From a virus (Duplodnaviria; Heunggongvirae; Uroviricota; Caudoviricetes): a DNA stretch of 12,891 bases. Under the pieces are notes generated by a model. It was given only the letters and a program-made list of their open reading frames with translations, was not told where the DNA came from and did not search any database. Shown here in pieces: positions 1-6,773 of the stretch. The translations under genes and the position numbers were made by a program. Numbering within the stretch: the first letter of the stretch is position 1; every line of letters starts with the position of its first letter. The stretch lies in the IMG/VR virus record IMGVR_UViG_3300002542_000292. The stretch is one strand, 5' to 3'.

Positions 1-36
1 CGTAATCGGTTGGCCTTCTGCATATGCGGCTGTATA

Positions 37-417
37 TTACCGGAGAACCTGCTTGACGTGGGAAAACGTCCGTTGCCAGATGCCGATGCTTCCGCCGTCG
101 ATCTTCTTGACGTATTCCCAAATCCAATCCCGCACGGCCACCTTTTGGACGGGAAGCAGGACATCCGATTTGGTCGTGCCGATAACGAGCGACGCAAGGT
201 CGAGATTGCCGTTTGCGTCGAAATTCAGGAACGAAGCCGTGATCGAATTGATCGAATGGATCTTTTTGCCGTAGTAGTTCCAATCGATGCTGATGACCAC
301 GAATTGGCTTCCTTCCAGCTTCACCCCTTCCGGAGGATTGGCAAGGAACATCCGAAGATCTTCGGAAATGATTCCTTCTTCATTGAGGACGAGATTGGTC
401 GGTTCCATGGACACCAT
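37..417 (-). CDS. Hypothetical protein, 126 aa
   Basis: ATG at 417 preceded by GGAGGTG (minus strand, 432-426) and a sigmaA-type promoter at 520-492. No recognisable motif. Confidence 0.75.
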   Translation of the reverse strand: MVSMEPTNLVLNEEGIISEDLRMFLANPPEGVKLEGSQFVVISIDWNYYGKKIHSINSITASFLNFDANGNLDLASLVIGTTKSDVLLPVQKVAVRDWIWEYVKKIDGGSIGIWQRTFSHVKQVLR

Positions 418-491
418 TACAAATACACCTCCGATAATTTCCAGACAAGAATATACAGCACAATCTGCATTGCAGTATGTGCCACACCACC

Positions 492-520
492 ATTATAACA
501 AACTCCCGAAATTCGTACAA
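492..520 (-). promoter_or_regulatory. sigmaA-type promoter for 37..417
   Basis: Minus strand TTGTAC(520-515)-N17-TATAAT(497-492) with extended -10 TGt. Confidence 0.6.
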
Positions 521-596
521 TATATACATATTCGCATACCGTGCAAATGCACTTTGCAGAAAATACAAATGCGCGTACTGCACATGCATATTTTGG

Positions 597-626
597 TTGA
601 CCGGATGGGTTCAGTCGTGGTTTAAT
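597..626 (+). promoter_or_regulatory. sigmaA-type promoter for the RHH gene
   Basis: TTGACC(597-602)-N18-TTTAAT(621-626) with extended -10 TGg. Confidence 0.45.
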
Positions 627-713
627 CTATGAAGAACGGTATAACGTGGTTGAACTCAGATGAACTACGTTCAACTCCGTCTTACAGATATGTATTCGGA
701 GGAGGAAATCACA

Positions 714-1157
714 GTGTCCTACGAATTTATTGGTGCAAAACTGTTTCCCGACAGATATGAACGTGACCGAATCATCTGGGATTACATAAAGCAACGCAAC
801 AAGACGGAAGTGCTGAAAGAGGCCCTGTATAGAATGGCAATTGCCGAAACTGTGGCGGTATCTGCAAACAAAGATATTTTACAACAGATCGCGGTGTTGC
901 TTTCTACGCAACAAGTGCAGGCACCGAATGTACCGAATGCACATGTAGGACCGCAGATCACTCACATTCCTGCAACGTCTGACCACCATATGGGTACAGA
1001 CGTTTCGGATGTGGGTTCCGACGCAGTTCCGAATGATTCGGAATTCAGCTTGGAATCTCTGGAGACGACATCCGACAAACAACCCGAATTCAAACAGCCC
1101 AACGTGAAGGCATTGAGAGACAACTTTTTGTCCAGCCTTTCCAACGTAAAATTCTAA
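714..1157 (+). CDS. Ribbon-helix-helix DNA-binding protein, ParR/segregation-adaptor-like (147 aa)
   Basis: GGAGGAGG (698-705) precedes in-frame GTG at 714, preferred over the ORF-track start at 660. N-terminal beta-alpha-alpha pattern (YEFIGAKL..RDRIIWDYIKQRNKTEVLKEALYRM), acidic low-complexity linker and terminal amphipathic helix (VKALRDNFLSSL). Confidence 0.6.
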   Translation: MSYEFIGAKLFPDRYERDRIIWDYIKQRNKTEVLKEALYRMAIAETVAVSANKDILQQIAVLLSTQQVQAPNVPNAHVGPQITHIPATSDHHMGTDVSDVGSDAVPNDSEFSLESLETTSDKQPEFKQPNVKALRDNFLSSLSNVKF

Positions 1158-1218
1158 AAGTGAACGTCAGTATTGCCCATCACCATGTTTCTGTATATTT
1201 TCGGAAAAGATTTCAGGC

Positions 1219-1248
1219 TTGACAGTCCATACGCGGTCGTGTTATACT
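1219..1248 (+). promoter_or_regulatory. sigmaA-type promoter for 1343..2308
   Basis: TTGACA(1219-1224)-N18-TATACT(1243-1248) with extended -10 TGt. Confidence 0.7.
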
Positions 1249-1342
1249 TTGGGAAAAGGCTACCGACTAGTATGCAACAATTTGCCTGAAAATCCTTTGT
1301 GTTTATGGTGTGACGGAGATATGCGTGAAGGGGTAAGATGTT

Positions 1343-2308
1343 ATGAAACTTTTGTCTGGGAAGGAAGTTAAACATATACTGCAAAGCTTGACGCCCAACA
1401 AACAGAAAGCACTGCAGACGTGGCTGGACATGGAACTCGGCTTTCTCAGCCAAAAGTTTCCGCATGTGCCTGCATTTCAGCAGAAAAAGGTTGGACTTGC
1501 GGATTACACGGATGCAGACGGCGTGTGCAGCCACTGCAAAAATTACAATATGAGATACATGCTGTATTTGGAAGACATAAGGAGCGGAGATCGCGAAGAC
1601 ATATCGTTTTCCCGGCAATGTATCACGGAATATTTTGACGTATCGGAAGATGAAGCGAATGCTATATATGTCAGTGTTCGGGAAAAGATAAAGATGCGGG
1701 ATGAGATACTCGTATGGCTCCGCAATAACAACTTTGCCGACATGAAATATCCTCCCAATCTGAGAGTAAACGCCAAACTGGACGTTCTCATAATGGCGAA
1801 GCTTCCCGTCCCACGAGAATATGCGCTCGACATCCGCATAGAATCGGAAAAGCTGCGAATCATACAAGAAAAAACGGAATACTACGTGAAGTATCGAAAA
1901 TACATTAGGTATGTGCGCCTATCTCTCAGGCTACAGCCAAGGAATCCGTTTCTTCTTTCCATACAAGATCGAATGAAAAGAAACATTCCTCTGACTTCCG
2001 GAATTATCGAAGCATTGGAAAAAGGGATGCAAGGGGACTGGGAAAAACGTCTCCTGGATGCGATAGAAAACATGGAAAGCAATGCAGACATTATGAAGGA
2101 GCATGAAAGAAGGCTCAACAAGCTTCTCTTATGTAAAAGCGGACTTACCAGAAAGACCATTCTTTCCCTTCGCAACCAATTGCGGAAGGGCAAGCCCCTG
2201 TCAGACAAACAGGTGGCTACACTCGAAAAATGGGAACAAAGATTTGCTGACCAACTCAATGAGTTGGACGGCAAAGACGATCTTCTCGACAAATTTATAT
2301 TGGCATGA
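1343..2308 (+). CDS. Hypothetical protein, 321 aa, with CxxC...C putative Zn-binding motif and a duplicated C-terminal helical motif
   Basis: Long ORF, GAAGGGG RBS, own promoter and terminator. Motifs GVCSHC..MRYMLYLEDIRSG..ISFSRQCI, plus two copies of LSxxxxxxxxxPLxxxxxxxLEK. Confidence 0.85.
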   Translation: MKLLSGKEVKHILQSLTPNKQKALQTWLDMELGFLSQKFPHVPAFQQKKVGLADYTDADGVCSHCKNYNMRYMLYLEDIRSGDREDISFSRQCITEYFDVSEDEANAIYVSVREKIKMRDEILVWLRNNNFADMKYPPNLRVNAKLDVLIMAKLPVPREYALDIRIESEKLRIIQEKTEYYVKYRKYIRYVRLSLRLQPRNPFLLSIQDRMKRNIPLTSGIIEALEKGMQGDWEKRLLDAIENMESNADIMKEHERRLNKLLLCKSGLTRKTILSLRNQLRKGKPLSDKQVATLEKWEQRFADQLNELDGKDDLLDKFILA

Positions 2309-2341
2309 AGAAGGCCAGTGCAATTTTCGCACTGGCCTTCT
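2309..2341. terminator. Hairpin between convergent genes, probable bidirectional intrinsic terminator
   Basis: Perfect 13-bp inverted repeat AGAAGGCCAGTGC-aattttc-GCACTGGCCTTCT directly after the stop at 2308 and 16 nt beyond the HU stop. U-tracts are imperfect. Confidence 0.75.
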
Positions 2342-2357
2342 GTGTGTTTCGGTCCGG

Positions 2358-2750
2358 TCAGTTCGAGTCGGATTCGGTTCCTTCCACCAGATACCTGACC
2401 TTGCCGTTCTGTTCTTGCGGCTTGAACCGGACGTTCTGAATCATCTTGTTCAGGCTGGTGCCGACGCCGAAGTACACGTAGTTGTGCGGGGGACGCGTGA
2501 CCATTTTCTTGCGGTGCATGTCCCAGGACGGACGTTCGGGACGGTGGCGGACTTCCAGGCTCCCGAATTTGATGAAGTTCACGCGCCGACCTTGTGCCAG
2601 AGCTTCCGCAACGGTGTGAATGAGACCGTTGTAAGCCGTGTCCGCTTGCTTCCGGCTCAGTTCCACCCCTTCGGCCCGAGCGTATGTAAGGATGCCGTCC
2701 AGAATCTCCTGCTTGAACATTTGGCTTCTCACATCATCTTGTTGCGACAT
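2358..2750 (-). CDS. HU/IHF-family histone-like DNA-binding protein (divergent), 130 aa
   Basis: HU pattern KQEI..LSRKQADTAYNGLIHTVAEALAQGRRVNFIKFGSLEVRHRPER..MVTRPPHNYVYF. AGGAGG RBS upstream of the ATG at 2750. Confidence 0.9.
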   Translation of the reverse strand: MSQQDDVRSQMFKQEILDGILTYARAEGVELSRKQADTAYNGLIHTVAEALAQGRRVNFIKFGSLEVRHRPERPSWDMHRKKMVTRPPHNYVYFGVGTSLNKMIQNVRFKPQEQNGKVRYLVEGTESDSN

Positions 2751-2795
2751 GGGTTTTTCCTCCTGTCCGTTTTCAGATATGATTGCTCTAGAATA

Positions 2796-2825
2796 ATTTA
2801 ATCATATCTTGTACACAAAGGTCAA
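2796..2825 (-). promoter_or_regulatory. Candidate proximal promoter for the HU gene
   Basis: Minus strand TTGACC(2825-2820)-N18-TTAAAT(2801-2796) with TGa. The -10 is imperfect. Confidence 0.35.
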
Positions 2826-2862
2826 GTACATTATTGATGCCGTGACCAGTGCTGACATCTTC

Positions 2863-2892
2863 AGTTTATCATACGGGTAGGCACTTTGTCAA
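2863..2892 (-). promoter_or_regulatory. Candidate distal promoter for the HU gene
   Basis: Minus strand TTGACA(2892-2887)-N18-TAAACT(2868-2863) with extended -10 TGa. Confidence 0.55.
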
Positions 2893-2980
2893 TAAATAGG
2901 TGGATTCCAGACCAAATGACGAAAACAATTCACAAAACCATATGCTCCGAAATTCATCTGAACAACACATGAAGAATCAC

Positions 2981-3030
2981 AATTCGACAAAATCCGATAT
3001 GATCCGATAAAATTCGATAAAGATCGACAA
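2981..3030. repeat. Five degenerate tandem 10-bp repeats (consensus AATYCGAYAA)
   Basis: aattcgacaa / aatccgatat / gatccgataa / aattcgataa / agatcgacaa, with CGA in exact 10-bp register in all five. Intergenic. Confidence 0.85.
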
Positions 3031-3042
3031 GAAAATAGGAAT

Positions 3043-3087
3043 AATACAAACTGTATTTTGCATAAAATTATAATAGGAGACATCTTA
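3043..3087 (+). promoter_or_regulatory. Putative promoter/operator of the transfer-like operon
   Basis: Inverted repeat AATACA-aac-TGTATT (3043-3057), TATAAT (3069-3074) without a matching -35, and CATCTTA (3081-3087). Confidence 0.35.
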
Positions 3088-3109
3088 GAATAACAAGGAG
3101 GAAAGGAAC

Positions 3110-3673
3110 ATGTGTGCTGTATGCATACCGTCTGTAACGGTAATTGGAAACACGATGAAGTTCAGTTTTCCCAATCGTTGCGTCCGATCGATGCCCAGTC
3201 CGTCCGTGAAAAATACGGATCTCGTCATTCCGGGCCCTCGTGAAGACTGCAGCGAAATGTCGGATGAAGAACTTCGGCAACTTTTGGCATCGCTCAAGGT
3301 ATCGCGAAGGGAACGGAGGGCCATCAGGCGAAAACTCGCTGAAATTCGCGGCGAAAAGCAAAACAAGACCTACAAGGTGTTGGAAGTTGTGGCATGCGTG
3401 GCGAGCGTCTTGTTTTTTATTCCTTCGTTTGCGTATGCGGCACCCAGCTTCAGCGTGGAAAGGGCATTCTCGCCGCTTATTGAACTCATCCGAGACATTG
3501 CGAATCCCATCTGCTACGTGATGTTCATCATCGGCTTCATTTACGTGATGATCGGCAGAGCGCACGAAGGATTCCGCCGCATGCAATACGCAGCTTTCGG
3601 CTACATCGGCGTACAACTCGCACCGGGACTTATGAAGATCATCAAGCAGGTCGGTTCGTCCATGGCTTTGTGA
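3110..3673 (+). CDS. VirB2/TrbC-like pilin-type membrane protein with long N-terminal leader, 187 aa
   Basis: AAGGAGG RBS. Hydrophobic segment ending in A-Y-A|A (signal peptidase-like site at 3439/3440), then a 77-aa part with two hydrophobic helices separated by a short basic loop (GRAHEGFRRM), which is the VirB2/TrbC topology. Confidence 0.65.
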   Translation: MCAVCIPSVTVIGNTMKFSFPNRCVRSMPSPSVKNTDLVIPGPREDCSEMSDEELRQLLASLKVSRRERRAIRRKLAEIRGEKQNKTYKVLEVVACVASVLFFIPSFAYAAPSFSVERAFSPLIELIRDIANPICYVMFIIGFIYVMIGRAHEGFRRMQYAAFGYIGVQLAPGLMKIIKQVGSSMAL

Positions 3674-3698
3674 AGCACATCATGAGGAGGAAACAATC

Positions 3699-3794
3699 AT
3701 GAAAGCCAAACATTTCAAACTGATTCTGTCCGTTCTTGCTTTTCTTTCCATCAGCATCAACATGGTACAGAATATCGTCAGCCTGTTCGTCTGA
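3699..3794 (+). CDS. Small hydrophobic peptide, 31 aa (MKAKHFKLILSVLAFLSISINMVQNIVSLFV), not in the ORF track
   Basis: GAGGAGG (3684-3690) 8 nt before ATG 3699, stop TGA 3792-3794. Fills the gap between the pilin-like and ATPase genes. Basic N-terminus plus one TM-length hydrophobic stretch. Confidence 0.7.
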   Translation: MKAKHFKLILSVLAFLSISINMVQNIVSLFV

Positions 3795-3839
3795 TAGGCA
3801 CCCACTCTGCAACATGAACTTTCGGACAAGGAAGGAAGG

Positions 3840-6386
3840 GTGTTCATGCAAACAGCCAGACTGAAATTCGGAACAACGTCTCTGTTCCGAGTAGAGAAAC
3901 CGGACCAGGTGTGTCTCAGCATAAGTCCCGACAAGTTTGTGAAGAATGATAAAACCCTCATTCTCGTTACGTCCTTGTATGACACTTATACGGCACCCAT
4001 ACACCGCATCAAATTCAGACGCGGCATCGAATACAAGAAGAAGCACGTACCCGTTTGGGAGATCATCATGGACGAAGAAAAGATCAAATTCAACTTGTAT
4101 ACGGACATGGACTTCTTGAACTACGTGAAAGGAAAGCTTGCCACAACGTGGCCTGATGCCGCCGTTTCCATAACGGAAGAACGAGAAACGTTCGACGAAT
4201 CGAAAACGCAATGCGCCTATATGCAACTCATGGAACACCACATGCTCAGCCTCGATACCAACCAGAAGACGGAAAACAACTTCGTGGAATCCGTGCTCAA
4301 CGTACACGGATTGTTGAAAGACGGCGATCGGGCGGTGTTGCAGATCGTTCTCGACCCTGCTTCCGACGAATGGCAACAAGAATGCGACAACTTGTTTGAA
4401 GAATACAAAAACACGGGGTATTTACCCGTGAAGCTTCTCGTTGACCCGAAACGCACCTTCAAAAAGAGCGTGGAAACCGTACTTGACTTTACCGTACAGT
4501 CGATAGAAGGATTCATAGACAGTTTGGCATCGTCGGACCGTATGTATGCCACAAAGAAAAAGAGTGTGAGACAGCTTTCTCAATCCACGCTGTTCAAGAC
4601 GACCAACCACGCTTTCTGGACGCAGATACGGATAGGTTGCGAATCCTCTGACAAGTCGCGCGCGAAACATATTCTGAAATCCATCGCCAATTCCTTCCGG
4701 GAACTCGACGGCGACAACAAGCTCATCATGACCCTTCCACGCGACAACAAACGCATGGTGAAGTGCATCAACGAAAGATCCAACGAGTGGGGCAAAGAAC
4801 AGAAATGTCTTCTGTCCGTGAAAGAAGTGAACAAAATGATCGCACTCCCTTCGCCGGACTTACAGAAGATGCACCCTGCCGTACAAAGCCTGCAGTACAG
4901 GGAAACGGACATTCCGGACGATCTCGTACGTTCTGGAATCGTCATTGGGGAAGTCACCAGGAAGGGAAAAAGACAAAAAATATACTACCCCACGGACAAT
5001 TTGGACATACTTTGCCTTCCCCGTGTAGTCATTGGTCAGATGGGTTCCGGAAAGTCCAGTTATGCAAGCACGTTCGCTCGTTCCGCATTCTACGACAACA
5101 ACTTCAACGTCATAGCTATTGACGTTGCCGACGGTCGCATGTGCAACCAAATCCGCGATTCCATTCCTCCCGATCGGAAGAATGACATCGTGGAACTTGA
5201 CTTCGGTCAACTTTCTTATCCGATCGGTCTCGTATGGAACGAAGCGCTGGATTCCATGAACAATTCTGGGAACCGTCTTACGGCAGAACTTCTATCCTTC
5301 ATGGAGAAGATTACGGGTCAGTTTGGACCGCAAATGCGCAGGTGGATGAAGAAAGCGGCGCAAGCGGTATATGAAGACAAAAATTCGACCATTCTCGACG
5401 TCATTCTAATGCTCGTAGACGAGGAATACAGGGTAAGGAAGATACCGACCATTAAAAACGTGGCGGTCAAACAGGCTTGGATGCAGTTCCAAACCTTCAA
5501 CGAAAGACAGCAACAGCTTATCGTGAGTCCGGTACTCAACCGTCTTGACTATCTGCTTGACGATGACAACATGAAAAACATTTTGTGTCAAATTCCCAGG
5601 AAAGATGCCAAAGGGAACTTCATGCTCGATTTCCGAAAGCTGATCAATCAGGATTTGAAATCGGACTACAAGAGCAAGTGCATACTCATCAAGGTTCCCG
5701 TGGCTGAACTTGGGGAAGCGGCCACCGACGCCATCGTAGCTTTCATCATTTCCAAGATTTGGCTGACCGTACAGACGAGGGACAGAAACCGCGTGATCGA
5801 ACACGGGGTGCCTACGTTCCTACTCATGGATGAACCGCACCAATTTATGTCGTCCGTGGAAAATTGGAAGCGTATGGTCGTCGAATCCCGCAAATGGCGG
5901 CTCGGTCTCGTATGGTTCTTCCATACGTGGGAACAAATTCGAGACAAGTCGAAGGAACTTGCGAAGACGATAAAGTCGGCAGGTATCCACTACATTTTAT
6001 ATAACAGTTCGAAAGACACGTGGAAGGAACTGCAGGAAGAAATCGCACCCTACACCATCGCCGAAGCATTGGAACTTCCCAGATACCACGCATTCGTCAT
6101 TACGCACACCAAAGAGGGACCAGTTCCTCCGATGCTCGTAAAGATCGAACCGCCAGTTGACATGTTGTATCCGAAATACGACAATTCGGACATTGCAGAA
6201 AAGTGTCTCAAAATGTATTCCCGCCCGATTCGAGAAGTGGAGTACGAAATTACGAAGAAGGAACTGTCCCTGCTCGGCATAGATCCGACACGAATAGCAG
6301 ACGATATTCCCATAATCGACGACGGCAAAATCGTCAAAGGAGCAACCATGAACGTTGCGAGCAGAAGGGAAGACGATGAACCATGA
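3840..6386 (+). CDS. VirD4/TraG-like (type IV coupling protein / HerA-FtsK superfamily) ATPase, about 848 aa
   Basis: Walker A GQMGSGKS (5034-5057), Walker B LLMDEPHQF (DE at 5829-5834), ESRKWRLGL and HTWEQ motifs typical of VirD4-like ATPases, and a helical insertion (NRLDYLLDD). Start is GTG 3840 or ATG 3846, since an in-frame TAG lies at 3795-3797. Confidence 0.85.
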   Translation: MFMQTARLKFGTTSLFRVEKPDQVCLSISPDKFVKNDKTLILVTSLYDTYTAPIHRIKFRRGIEYKKKHVPVWEIIMDEEKIKFNLYTDMDFLNYVKGKLATTWPDAAVSITEERETFDESKTQCAYMQLMEHHMLSLDTNQKTENNFVESVLNVHGLLKDGDRAVLQIVLDPASDEWQQECDNLFEEYKNTGYLPVKLLVDPKRTFKKSVETVLDFTVQSIEGFIDSLASSDRMYATKKKSVRQLSQSTLFKTTNHAFWTQIRIGCESSDKSRAKHILKSIANSFRELDGDNKLIMTLPRDNKRMVKCINERSNEWGKEQKCLLSVKEVNKMIALPSPDLQKMHPAVQSLQYRETDIPDDLVRSGIVIGEVTRKGKRQKIYYPTDNLDILCLPRVVIGQMGSGKSSYASTFARSAFYDNNFNVIAIDVADGRMCNQIRDSIPPDRKNDIVELDFGQLSYPIGLVWNEALDSMNNSGNRLTAELLSFMEKITGQFGPQMRRWMKKAAQAVYEDKNSTILDVILMLVDEEYRVRKIPTIKNVAVKQAWMQFQTFNERQQQLIVSPVLNRLDYLLDDDNMKNILCQIPRKDAKGNFMLDFRKLINQDLKSDYKSKCILIKVPVAELGEAATDAIVAFIISKIWLTVQTRDRNRVIEHGVPTFLLMDEPHQFMSSVENWKRMVVESRKWRLGLVWFFHTWEQIRDKSKELAKTIKSAGIHYILYNSSKDTWKELQEEIAPYTIAEALELPRYHAFVITHTKEGPVPPMLVKIEPPVDMLYPKYDNSDIAEKCLKMYSRPIREVEYEITKKELSLLGIDPTRIADDIPIIDDGKIVKGATMNVASRREDDEP

Positions 6387-6733
6387 TGACGAGAGCCTAC
6401 ACCATACGATTTACGAACCAATTAACTGACCGAATGACCGACCAAGTTGACGATCGACTGATCATATACGGTCCGTTGGACGGATTGAAGGAACAGATTT
6501 CCGAACAAGTCCACGAAATGGCGGCATCCGTGTACATGGCTATAAAGCAACTCTTCGTCGATTTGATGTATTTCATTTTCGTAGATGTGGCGGGACAACT
6601 CAGCCACGTACTCGTGCTCCTTTCACTTCTTGCCGTGGCACTCGGAGCGACGAAGTTTGCTTCCAAATCGTTCAAATGGGGGCTGATTACGTTCATCATC
6701 TCCCTCTTGGCAAGCTTCGGATGGGGTGGCTGA
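6383..6733 (+). CDS. Small membrane protein, 116 aa, C-terminal hydrophobic helices
   Basis: ATGA overlap with the ATPase stop suggests translational coupling. Hydrophobic segments VLVLLSLLAVALGA and WGLITFIISLLASFGW. Confidence 0.8.
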   Translation: MMTRAYTIRFTNQLTDRMTDQVDDRLIIYGPLDGLKEQISEQVHEMAASVYMAIKQLFVDLMYFIFVDVAGQLSHVLVLLSLLAVALGATKFASKSFKWGLITFIISLLASFGWGG

Positions 6734-6773
6734 TACGTGGTGAAACAGCATGGAAAGACAGCGAGGTGCATAT

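Noticed and set aside
921-942. Short tandem ACCGAATG duplication in the RHH linker
   Set aside because: Two copies encoding PNVPNA in a low-complexity linker, with no sign of a separate function.
10-2801. Alternative ORFs 10..498(+), 1154..1867(-), 2103..2801(+)
   Set aside because: Each overlaps a gene on the opposite strand that has its own RBS, promoter or family motifs.
2981-3030. Possible CRISPR or mini-array
   Set aside because: Units are 10 bp, contiguous and have no spacers.
2889-3083. 64-aa minus-strand ORF across the repeat array
   Set aside because: No RBS, and it spans regulatory and repeat DNA, so it is probably non-coding.
3642-4379. 245-aa minus-strand ORF over the micropeptide and ATPase start
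   Set aside because: Antisense to better-supported genes with RBSs, and no recognisable domain.
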